In this document: one piece after another, positions 11,865-22,254 of the stretch
Position numbering within the stretch: the first letter of the stretch is position 1
How the letters are laid out: every line of letters starts with the position of its first letter
Source: Anthoceros angustus
Taxonomy: Eukaryota; Plantae; Anthocerotophyta
Direction: 5' to 3'
Assembly (NCBI GenBank): GCA_010909165.1
Contig: VJWM01000019.1
Span: forward strand, 1,116,001 to 1,180,000
DNA length: 64,000 bases
Position numbers and translations under genes: made by a program
The notes under the pieces: model-generated
What the model saw: only the letters and a program-made list of their open reading frames with translations
Told to the model about the DNA's origin: nothing
The model's database searches: none

Positions 11865-13229
11865 TCATGGGCTTCGCATAGTCTCCATGGGATGTACTTG
11901 AGGCCCCTGCTGTTTGGAGGCCAGCTTTTTGGACTTGGCTCTCGACTTTGCCCATGCTATAGCTCTGTCCAGCACATCCACACATTTCTCCAGTTCAGCT
12001 GCATCTGAGTCACTCTCAGCTTCCTTCGATTCTGCTTTCCAATCATCAAGAGATGGGCTGGCCGGTCCAAAAGTCTGAAGAGATTCAACAGGTCCACCAG
12101 CATGAGACAGGGATGTTGGAGGGGACTGTGATAGTGGCTTCCCCATAGGAGACTTCAGAGGTGACGGTGTGCGGGGAGTGCCATCTTGCTTTTGCTGAAC
12201 GTCTGACACAGAAACAGAAGATACACCAAGAGCAGCCGCAGATCCGAGAAGACTAGGTTGCCTTGCATAGTTAGTGAGCTCTCTGGAATTGTTCCTGGAA
12301 TTGCTTCTGGAGCTTTTGCTTGAGTTACTGACCAGGTCTCGCAGTCTCAAAGGTGCAACGTCACGATCTTCCCGCAGCAAGTCAGCTGATGAAGGGCTGA
12401 ACGTGTGGTCCTCCTCAGTGGCATCTTCTCCCAATTCCCCAGCGTCTGAGCCATGCCTCCTCAGGGCTGTGGCACGAGCTCTACTAATAGCCTGTGCTGT
12501 CTCCTCCTCCATAACACGAATATCCTCCATTGTTAGGCCATGCCACTCATCCATCCAGCAGAAACACTTCCGATGACCCTCCAGCAGAATTTTCCGCTGA
12601 GCCTGCTTAGAAATGAATTTCTCCAAGCGAGAGCCGAAGCCCCAGTAGGGAACATCCACTGTCACAAGCTTGTATGCGCACATCATAGGCTTACAGTTCT
12701 TCTGCCAGCCAGGCAAGAGTGGCCCTCTCCCCGTCTTGACCGACAAATACTTGGACGGATCTTCTTCTTCAACGTAGTTCTCCACAGGGTCCGTCGCAAT
12801 ATCAATAAACTCGACATGCCTCTTCTTCAACGTCTTCGCATCCAACTGTAGGGCGTTCTCTGTCGTCCCACAGTCTGCCACATGCGTGGTCTCAAGAATA
12901 AGGCGAAACTTATTGAAGAAGGGACACTTGATTATGGTCGTGCAGTGAGGGTACGAGTTCCAAGCCTCCTCCTCCAGAATCAACGCCTTCTTAGGCACAA
13001 GCGCCACAAGCCAGCCTGGAAGCTTGCTAGCAAGATGGTAAATCTTGTGCGTATACTGCCCTTCCCTGTTGTTATCCACATAAGGCTCGTTCTTCAGCAC
13101 CTCAACCCCATCCCCATCGCTGCCCTTGGACTCACTCGCACTGATCTTCGCCACCATATACAACTGCGCAGTCTTATACTCCTCCAACGTGAAAGGCAGT
13201 GGAATGCGGTACTCCCACACAGCCACCAT
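11865..13229 (-). CDS. START-like phosphatidylinositol transfer protein (IP_trans domain) with Ser/Pro-rich C-terminal extension; intronless CDS, 454 aa
   Basis: EYRIPLPFTLEEYKTAQLYMV, GVEVLKNEPY, GQYTHKIYHL, EEAWNSYP, KTGRGPL, MCAYKLV and HRKCFCWMDEWHGLTMEDIR are PITP-family hallmarks. Confidence 0.93.
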   Translation of the reverse strand: MVAVWEYRIPLPFTLEEYKTAQLYMVAKISASESKGSDGDGVEVLKNEPYVDNNREGQYTHKIYHLASKLPGWLVALVPKKALILEEEAWNSYPHCTTIIKCPFFNKFRLILETTHVADCGTTENALQLDAKTLKKRHVEFIDIATDPVENYVEEEDPSKYLSVKTGRGPLLPGWQKNCKPMMCAYKLVTVDVPYWGFGSRLEKFISKQAQRKILLEGHRKCFCWMDEWHGLTMEDIRVMEEETAQAISRARATALRRHGSDAGELGEDATEEDHTFSPSSADLLREDRDVAPLRLRDLVSNSSKSSRSNSRNNSRELTNYARQPSLLGSAAALGVSSVSVSDVQQKQDGTPRTPSPLKSPMGKPLSQSPPTSLSHAGGPVESLQTFGPASPSLDDWKAESKEAESDSDAAELEKCVDVLDRAIAWAKSRAKSKKLASKQQGPQVHPMETMRSP

Positions 13230-14710
13230 GCTTACTACCTACCCTCTTCCGCCTCCTCCCACTTCAAATAGATCACACACCGAGCAAATCAAACTTCACA
13301 ACACAAAGCGCTCCGCAACTCCAAAGTGCCGTGCTACGGCCACAGGGAGGCAGCACCAACGCGTTCCACATCATCGATACACATACCACTCAATTCAGCT
13401 GACACAAATTCCCCCGCTCCCAGCCAAGACGAGCTTCTGAGCCAGTTCCCGCACCTCCACAGCAAGATCTGCATTATCCAAATTCCCCTCCGCTACAAAG
13501 TTCCAACACAGCACGTCGGGACACGCTCTCGGAAACCTAACCATTCCCCCTCCCCGTCAGATCAAGCGGAAGCGAGCTCCGGGAGACATCGGCCAGATCT
13601 GTCCACCGGCCAAGCTCACAAGCTCCGTCCTGACAAGCCAATGCCGGAGCAACACACCCGACTCCACCTGCCAGAAAGCACTGGCGAGAAGCGTCAATCG
13701 CAGAGCGCAGCGCGAATTAGCTCTCACCTCTGGAGGAAGCAGAAATGATGACGCGGTGGGAGCTGGCCAGGCTCCGAGAAGCAGCCTGCGCTTGCGCTGG
13801 TAGCGAATGAAGAAAGAACCTGCAATGCAGTGCGATCTTTCCGGCACGTACTTGTCCAGCACAGTGATCCTCCACATCAATGTCCGATTCTGATCCTTCT
13901 TGCCTCAACTCAACTAGCAGCTTCCAAACTTCCAAACTCAGCTTGCGACTTCCTAAAAATATACCCAAGCCAGGGATGAGGTTAAGCCCGCACCAACGTC
14001 TCGGAATAGGTTTCAAACCAAACCGGAAAGTCCGCCCTGCCGGCCTCTATGAGCATGGACCGTTCAACCAATCCGGGCACGCGTCATATTTTCTTTTTTT
14101 CCTTAATTTTATTTATAGATAGGTAGAAATGGGAGAACTTATCTGCCACATAACAATTTGGGAAGACCATAAAGGTGAGAGTGAACTTAAGCGCTTTACT
14201 ATAGGTATATCCAGTAGAAATAGAATGATCTACCTATTGTATACATATCTCAAATCCAGCCGATGAAAAGACCTGTATGTTATTACTCATTATTGTTATC
14301 TTGAATATAGTTTGTGCCAAGGCCTTTAGAATAGCAATAGACACCCATTGCCTTTAGAATGTGATAATATTTTACACTTAAAAGAAATTGATGAAATAGG
14401 AAAAGGTAGCCTAACTCCTTATCTACAAGAGTGATAGGCCTTGGCACATGCCTTGAATGTGGGGAGAACATAAGATATGCCAGGATGACATAAGACCTTA
14501 CATTCCTTTTTAAGTGCCTAGATTGTTACAGCTGCTGTTTTTTCATAGCCAAAAGTGGAAGGTTTAAAAATCTTGAAAAGTTTTATTATAAAATTGCTCT
14601 ACATGCAATCTTAACTATTAGTTTACAGCCACCATATGGTAAACTATCTGTATTGGGTACAAGAGGCTTGATGCATAGATGTCAATGAACGTATTATTTC
14701 TTTACTTAAT

Positions 14711-14921
14711 TTTTAATATTTTAGATATATATTTAAGAAAAAATTGTATGTGCTTAACTTTATTTTTAATATTTTAGATATATATTTAAGAAAAAATTGT
14801 ATGTGCTTAACTTTATTTTTAATATTTTAGATATATATTTAAGAAAAAATTATATGTGCTTAACTTTATTTTTAATATTTTAGATATATATTTAAAAAAA
14901 ATTATATGTGCTTAACTTTAT
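14711..14921. repeat. AT-rich tandem repeat, ~4 x 53 bp
   Basis: The TTTTAATATTTTAGATATATATTTAAGAAAAAATTGTATGTGCTTAACTTTAT unit recurs at 14711, 14764, 14817 and 14870. Confidence 0.9.
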
Positions 14922-15289
14922 AGAGTGAATAGTTTTTATTAACGAAAAATGAGATGCGGGAACCCATCTACTAAAGGTATCACCAGTGCCATTAGGCTTC
15001 TATTAGTATAGACCTCGCAATGGCATAAGAACGTACTCAAATAGTCTTACACACCATAAAGCATCGAACCGACATCTCTTCCTTGGCAAGCTCAAGGTAT
15101 TGCAATGAGTGTGATGAGAATACTATTAATTTGAGAGAAATATATATATTTTTATCTGGAAGAGAAATACGTCTTCTTGGCGAGTTCAAGTGATTATAGT
15201 GCGTATCACTCTAAGGCTGCTGATGTGAGAAGAATGTATTTTCTCAAAAGAATACCATACTGGTAATTGCAGTGTGTATGATTATAAGA

Positions 15290-15960
15290 CTATCAATGCC
15301 CTGGTTACCTCATCCGCACCTTGCCCCCGTCTCCAGTCTTTCTCTCCCGACTACCGGGTTTGACAGGAAGATCATGGACACTCTTGGTGACATCATGGGC
15401 CCGAGGCTTTTGAGTGCCCTGCAGTTAAGCGATCTTGCCCGCTGGCAAGCATCCCTGCTAGTGCAATTTGGAGGAACATGTCTGCTATCGCTGAAGGTAT
15501 CTTCCTCGGCAGCGTTCTTGGGCAGCTGGGCCCTTGCTTTGGCTCCCGATTTGGCCTCCCGCTTCATCCTCCAGGACAGGCTCTTTCAGGAGGATTTTGT
15601 ACTAGGAGTAGAGGAGGGAAATTTCCCTCTCCAAGTATCCCTGAGGCTGGCCAGGGATATGTTATCGGCTGATGTGCAGCATGATTTCCCTCCCTTCACG
15701 ACATTCATCATCGATGGATGGTTTCAAGGGGTTGCAGGCATCCACTCCTTGAGAAGCAACTTGGTCAGGCCTTCCAGTCCGTTCTCATGGACCCCTCTAT
15801 CCTCATGTCCACAAGAGCTTGGCTTAGCTCTTGCTCTGGGAAAGGCATAAGCGCCTACCTACTGGCTCGTCCATGTACACGGGGTTTTCATATCGCACCG
15901 ACCACCTTCTCTATTGCAATGCACTTCCATCGTGGCTTGTTCCAGCCTATGGCTTTTGTA
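15290..15960 (+). mobile_element. Degenerate fragment of a CRE/R2-like (REL-type) non-LTR retrotransposon, post-RT region
   Basis: ARWQASLLVQFGG..L..SAAFLGSWA and RAWLSSCSGKGISAYLLARP...FSIAMHFHRGL resemble the QASLP..GGLG / AFLAS / ARLLS..AGAWL..P / F..ALRLRLGL blocks of CRE-like ORFs. Frameshifted. Confidence 0.55.
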
Positions 15961-16044
15961 TAGCAATACTAATTCTATATTACGAAAGGAAGCACTAGGT
16001 GGAAGCAAATTTATCTTCTTTTAAGAAATATTAGGCTTCATATA

Positions 16045-16102
16045 GAAGAAGAAGAAGAAAAGAAGAATTTTATTTAAGTCCACTAAGGACGGATTTCCGT
16101 CA
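16045..16102 (-). mobile_element. 3'-terminal fragment of the structured SINE-like family
   Basis: Reverse complement reads TGACGGAAATCCGTCCTTAGTGGACTTAAATAAAA(TTC)n, matching the ends of the copies at 22082-22141 and 30968-31106. Confidence 0.75.
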
Positions 16103-16224
16103 AATACCGAGTTTTGGATAAAGATGTGGAAAAAAATCTGCAGTATTCCGAAAGCTGTGTGGGGCACAAGAGAAGCCTATTACAAGCTATATAAAAATAT
16201 TTTTGATTCCGCATTTGTCAACCA

Positions 16225-16298
16225 GGTTTCGTGGTGTAGTTGGTTATCACGTCAGTCTAACACACTGAAGGTCTCCGGTTCGAGTCCGGGCGAAGCCA
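16225..16298 (+). tRNA. trnV-AAC: tRNA-Val (anticodon AAC)
   Basis: Cloverleaf GGTTTCG...CGAAGCC-A; D-arm GTGTAGTTGGTTATCAC; anticodon arm TCAGT-CTAACAC-ACTGA; T-loop GGTTCGAGTCC. Upstream TATATAAAA (~16188) and CAA, downstream TTTT terminator. Confidence 0.97.
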
Positions 16299-16359
16299 CA
16301 ATTTTGCATCATGGTCCAGAGTTTTCTTGGTGGTTGTTCTTTCCACCGTCGGTTGAGAG

Positions 16360-18361
16360 TCAAGAGCGTTTGGGGCACTGGTAACATTTGGCGAACAGAC
16401 CGAACGTGTGGACCTGGTCCACGATGTTGGTGATGCTGGCCCAGGAGCCGAAGCCGAACCCGACAAGGAGCACCCACAGCACCACCACGATGTTTACAGC
16501 GAACACTGCAAACCAGCTCCTGAAGAGGAAGAACGGGGGCTTCTCCACGGCATTCTGCACATGTTTCACGCGCCGGTCAGCAGCAGCCGGTGCAGTGGGA
16601 AGAAGAAGACGAAGAGCTGGGATATGTATGAACAAAAGAAAATTGGCGGGAGCTTACAGTGCGGGCGGAGGCGCTTCTGTAGAAGACGATGTAGGCGGCG
16701 GCAGGGATGATGTAGACGCCGAAGGCCACGAAAAGGGAGCCGACGGCGGAGTTGATGGGCCCGAAGAAGGGGATCATGAGCGCCGTGAACCACATGATCA
16801 TCACCACCGGCACCCGCGATATGGTGGTCACAAGGTAGTGCTTGCCGTGCACGCCCACCAGCTTCTCCCACATGATGTACAGCGGCAGGCTCACCATGCC
16901 GAATTCGAAGAACTACGTGCCATGGGGGAGAAGTTTGTGAGTGCCAAGGAAGCTTGAGAGCTATGGCGGATGGGAAGTGAGTCATGGTGTGCGGATGCCC
17001 TTACCTGATGGCCCAGCATGAGGACCACGGCAGTGTCCCTCCACTTGGTTTTGGGCAGCACGGCGAAGGCGTTTGCGTTCTTGAAGAGCTTGTCCCCGAA
17101 CGCCCAGTACATGGCGACTGCAGACGGGATTGTGAGGGTGAAGATGTACAGGACGGCCACGAGGTACACCACCTTGAACCTCCTGGGCTTCCACATGGAG
17201 TGCATCATCTCCCTGGCATTGCACTTGTGCATAACTGTTAGTCATCCATTGCAGGCATACATACTTTCATTGGCACGCATGCTTAGATGCGTACACTGTC
17301 ACAGCATGGCCGCCGAAGGTGTAGAGGATGTTGGAGGCTCCTGTGAAGTAGGCCACTTTGCCATGGTGGCCTCCCTTGTATTGCACGTTAGCAATCTGCA
17401 TATGCATGCACACCAGCGGCAGTTAGGTGGAAGGTGAGATCCAGACGGTGTGTGATGGAAGAAGGGAGAACGAAAGGGGAATTGCACCTGGCCGTGTCTG
17501 GCAGCAGAGATGGTGAGAAACCAGGCAGTGTATGTGGTCATGGTGATGCCCATGGCTGACAACACACGGTAGTTGTGCGCAGCGGGCACGAGTATGGTGA
17601 CCATGAAGCCCGCCCCGAAGATGTATGTCCATGTCCGCTTGTCCAGATGGTCGTTGAGGTAGTACACATTGCTGCCATGGCCCCAAGCTCTTGTGGGCTT
17701 CAAGGGCGTTGGTCATGGACATCTACAGGCAGGAGATGATGCTGGATCAGAAGTACTAACCTCGCACAAGCTATGAGCTGGATTGTTGCAGTGCAGAAGA
17801 GCACGAAGCCATTGAACACCAGGCCTGCCATCCTCCACCTGGGCCCGAGAAGTCCGCCCAGAACCTCAAACCACTGCAGAACGTCATCCATCAGCCTTGC
17901 GGACTTGCCCTCTCACGATCGGATCACGACACACAAACTGAAAGCAATGCAGGACCGGTTAGTACCTGAATGGTGTGCCTCTCGAATGCCGCGGGGTTCT
18001 CTTTCTCCTTCCTCGAACGGTAGTCGGCATACAAGCAGGTGATGAGGTAGCAGGTCCAGGCGCCCATGAGCCCGTAGAAGATCTGGAAGAAGACGCCGGA
18101 CACCATTCCCAGCTGCGAGAAGGAGTAAGGCAGAGTGAGCAGCACCTGGGCCACCTGCGTGGACGCTGCATTCATCCAGGCATCAAAGCTGGACCCTCCG
18201 TTCCACACAGCCCTGTACAAAAAACTACCACGGGACGATCCCTTTCCCCTTCCATTTCCCACGTCCTCTTCGATCTGGTCGTGCAGGCTGCGATTTCCCA
18301 CTGTCCACCCAGTGCCCTCCAAGTCCGTAGACCCCACACCGTTCCGCTCTCCTGCCTCCAT
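16360..18361 (-). CDS. LAX: AUX1/LAX-family carrier (LAX-b, divergent), 7 exons
   Basis: VWNGGSSFDAWMNAASTQVAQVLLTLPYSF, WFEVLGGLLG, DKRTWTYIFG, YTFGGHAVTV, MWKP, PFFGPINSAVG, FGLFAKCYQCP. GT-AG introns at conserved positions except the first. Confidence 0.92.
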
Positions 18362-19072
18362 GGCCACTACCTTCAGCCTCGGCCCCCGCCCAGTCTCAGG
18401 CTAAGCCAACAAACTTGAGCAGCTTCATGAGCTGCCCCAACGCGAGCTCGAACCTCGCCTTGCCAGCAGCTTTGCCTTCACCTTTAGGCTTGGGCAGGAA
18501 AACTCCAGGACATCATGAGTCACAGGATTCACCTTTCCTCACCCTGCCGAAAGCTGCTTTTGGGAAGGCCGGGGGGACGGATTTCCACCCTCCTCTGGAT
18601 GAATTCCAATGCCAGTGAGTGCATGGATGTACGAATGATCCATTCCTTCTGGGGCTCTGCCGTAAAAGGAGGCCCTTATCCCACCGCCCCGGAGCAGCGC
18701 TAACGCCTTTCCCTTTGGACGAGACAAGGCAGGAGATAGAGAGAGCCAGGAGCCGGCTTTGTCCTGCTACCTCCGAGGACATTCGTTTGACCAGACTGGA
18801 GTCTACATCTAGCCGACAAGCGCCGCTACTGGACTCTCGGTGGTTGCACTCGCAAGTCATGATCACGCGTGTGGTGCCGTGTTCACTCTTTGAGGGCGTG
18901 GGTCATGCTTCCAGGAATTCCTGGAGACGTAGCAGCTTCAGAGTCAAGCTTGTCCAGCGAGGTGGGCCGCATAGCAGGCCTGTACGATTGCTTCTTTGAC
19001 TGGCAAATTGCACATAGCTGTGACAGTAAACTATGTGCTCCACCTTCATGAATTCAACAAAGAAGTTCCTGT

Positions 19073-21236
19073 TCATCGCACGCTGGCCGGCTCGTCTTTC
19101 ACGGGGCACTCGTAGCATTTGGCGAAAAGGCCGAAGGTGTGCACGAGCTTGACGAAGTTGGAGATGCTGGACCAGCAGCCGAGGCCGAATCCCACGGTGA
19201 AGACCCAGATCACTATGAAGGTGTTGAGCACGAAGATGGCTCTCCAGCTGGGGATGAAGAAGGGGGGCTTCTCCACTGCGTTCTGCATGTACGTGGCAAC
19301 GGCAGTCAGTCCATGGAATGGAATTTGTTGGGTTGGTGGAAATGCTTCCGAAGAATGTGATGTACCTCCCGGGCGGATGGGCTGGAGTAGAAGGCATTGT
19401 AGGCTGCGGCAGGGATGATGTAGACTCCGAAGGTGACGAGGGTGGCTCCCACGGCAGAGTTGATGGGGCCGAAGAAGGGGATTGCCAGAGCCATGAACCA
19501 GATGAAGAGGCCGACGGGGAGCCTGATGGCCACTCTTAGGAGGAATTTGCTGGCCATGGAGGTGTGTATTCCCAGCAGCTTTTCCCACATGGTGTATACG
19601 GGGATGCTGATGAGAGTGAAAGTGAAGAACTGGGAGGAAATCACAGCAGCATGCAGTCTGGGTTACCGTTGAGATGTTTCTGCAGAAACACGGCATGGTG
19701 GATGTACAGATGTTGCTGGGGATGGGAGCGGATGTTCGCTGGGTTTAGTATACCTGGTGGATGAGCATGAGGATGACAGCGGTGTCCCGGAATGGGGTCC
19801 GAGGTAGGGCGGACAGAGCGTTGGGAATGGAAGCCATGCTGTCACCGAAAGCCCAGTAGACTGAGATGGCGGACGGCAGCGTCAGAGTGAAGACGTAGAG
19901 GGTGGAAAGCACGTACACCCATTTGAACTTCTGTGGCTTCCACATGGAGTCCATCACTTCTCTGCACGCTTGCCCACAACAGTCACCAGCAAGTAGAAAC
20001 CGGGGATGTGAGGGAGATGCGGTCCATGGAGACTCACACTGTGGTAGCATGGCCGCCGAAGGTGTAGAGAATGTTGGTGGCTCCTGTGAAAAACGGGACA
20101 AGGTTCTGCGGCCCCGTGTGCTTCACAGGGCCAGGTGTCTGGAGAAACATGTCCAGGAACATCAAGTTCTGGCTGGATGCTGGGAGTGGAAGCAAGTGAG
20201 AAAGAAGCCGGTAGGCTCACCTGGCCGTGGACTAGAGCAGCGATGGTCATGTACCAGGCAGTATAGGTGGTCATGAACAGGCCAGTGAAGGACCAGACTC
20301 GAAAGTTGTGAAGGGTAGGGATGAAGACACTCAGCATACAGCCTGCCCCAAACACGTACGTCCATGTCCTCTTGTCCAAGTTGTCATTGATCAGGTAGAC
20401 GGTGCTGCATGTGCAAATTCGCGACTCAGTTCTTTCAACACCTCAGCCATGCCTCCAAGGTTGTCATTCACCGTCTATAGCTTGGCATAGGCTGGCTCAT
20501 GGCTGGCTTGTCACGGTTACCTTCCACATGCTATGATCTGAATAGTGGCAGCAGTTATGAGGAAGGTGGAGTTGACAAGGAGCCCAGCAAGTTTCCATCG
20601 CCGACCAAGGAGCTCCTCTAACACTTCAAACCACTGTCAAGGCAAGGGACGCATATAATGGTTCATAATTCATTTTGAAGCAAACAGCTGATTTCACCCC
20701 AACCTACCTGAACAGTGTGGTTCTCCAACGTCACGCCATCCCTCTGCTGCCGGAAACGATGCTCTGCATACAGCGATGCTACACAGAAGCAGGTCCAGCA
20801 TCCCACCAGGCCGTAGAAGAGCTGAAAGATGATGCCAGACGCATATCCCAGCTGAGCAAACGAGTAAGGCAGCGTCAAGAGCACCTGTGCCACCTGCACC
20901 AACTCCACCACCAACATGCCCACCATATTCACACAGTCCACCAAACAAACCTTAGTCCTATTATTCATCACTAACAGGTTTCGAAGTGCTCGATTCTTTC
21001 ACCTGATGGGATGCACTGGTGAGCCAGGCATCTCCAGCTGATCCCCCGTGCCACAAAATCTCTGCAACCAGAGCTCTGAATCCCAGCTCCCTCCATGACC
21101 CAGAGTGCCTCTGGGTGGCGGAACCTCCTGCAATGGACGCCTTCCTCTCCGAATCACCCAATGCTGCATGGAGATCCGAAGCAGCGTGAAACCCACCGTT
21201 GCCTTGTCCTTCCTCGGAACCATGCTCCACCCCCAT
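19073..21236 (-). CDS. LAX: AUX1/LAX-family carrier (LAX-c, divergent), 8 exons
   Basis: LWHGGSAGDAWLTSASHQ|VAQVLLTLPYSFAQLG, DKRTWTYVFG, YTFGGHATTV, MDSMWKPQKFK, PFFGPINSAVG, FGLFAKCYECP. Confidence 0.92.
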
Positions 21237-21581
21237 GCTCAGCAGTTCCCAACAGAGGCCCAACCAGACAGTCCCAAGAAGCATGCCTGCTCATGGTATA
21301 AGAGAGGCGGCCAAAGTCGGGGGTAGCGACAGCCGACCCAACGCACTGGCAATGGCGGGCTTGCATTTCACACACTTCGCGTACAAGCATCTTCCAAGGC
21401 TCTCTCTTCCAACGAAATGTGGCCGACACCTCGCTGGGCGAGAGCTGCGCGTATGGAATGACCCGGGGAAAAGTGTCACGGTTTCTAAGCTACATGCCAG
21501 CACACGCAATCGGCACGGTCTGCTTTCGGAAAACGTAAGGCATGTGAAAGCTAGTAACCTTAATAGGCTGTGTGTCCAAAT

Positions 21582-22141
21582 GAAGAAGAAGAAGTATTTT
21601 ATTTAAGTTCACTAAGGACGGATTTCCGTTATGGGACTTGGTACTTAACAACTTGTACCATGGTGTGTCTAAGCTACTTGCACCATGGGCATCCACTCCC
21701 TTTAGGCACCCCCTCCCTTTAGGCACCCCATCTAAGTATCGATCCAAGCTCAGGATGCTTAATCACGGCGTTCTTATAAATGTGTGTCCATTTGGCCTGG
21801 CCACGGCGTTCTTATAAATGTGTGTCCATTTGGCCTTGGCCAGGCCAAATGGACACACATTTATAAGAACGCCGTGATTAAGCATCCTGAGCTTGGATCG
21901 GTACTTAGATGGGGTGCTGTCCAAATGGCTTAGACCAAATGGACACACATTTATAAGAACGCCGTGATTAAGCATCTTGAGCTTGGATCGGTACTTAGAT
22001 GGGGTGCCTAAAGGGAGTGGATGCCCTTGGTGCAAGTAGCTTAGGCACACCATGGTACAAGTTGTTAAGTACCAAGTCCCATGACGGAAATCCGTCCTTA
22101 GTGGACTTACATAAAATTCTTCTTCTTATTCTTCTTCTTCT
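21582..22141. mobile_element. Head-to-head (inverted) pair of ~210-bp SINE-like elements with partial head duplications, forming a ~560-bp imperfect palindrome
   Basis: 21582-21800 is the reverse complement of 21935-22141. Both end in AAAAT(TTC)n-like tails pointing outwards. Symmetry centre TTGGCCTTGGCCAGGCCAA near 21840. Confidence 0.85.
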
Positions 22142-22254
22142 TAGGAGCTTCCTATTATGTAAGACAGACATGGAGACTTTATTATGAAGAACCATTTACC
22201 CCAATAGAAGGGAACAACCTTAAGAGGGCACAAGACTATGGGAGTAATCATTCA

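Noticed and set aside
21935-22141. Hammerhead or HDV ribozyme in the SINE-like unit
   Set aside because: No CTGANGA core next to GAAA, and no HDV pseudoknot I could build by eye.
22169-22188. 19-nt match ATGGAGACTTTATTATGAA to the reverse complement of ~8174-8192
   Set aside because: The match does not extend on either side and is AT-rich, so it may be chance.
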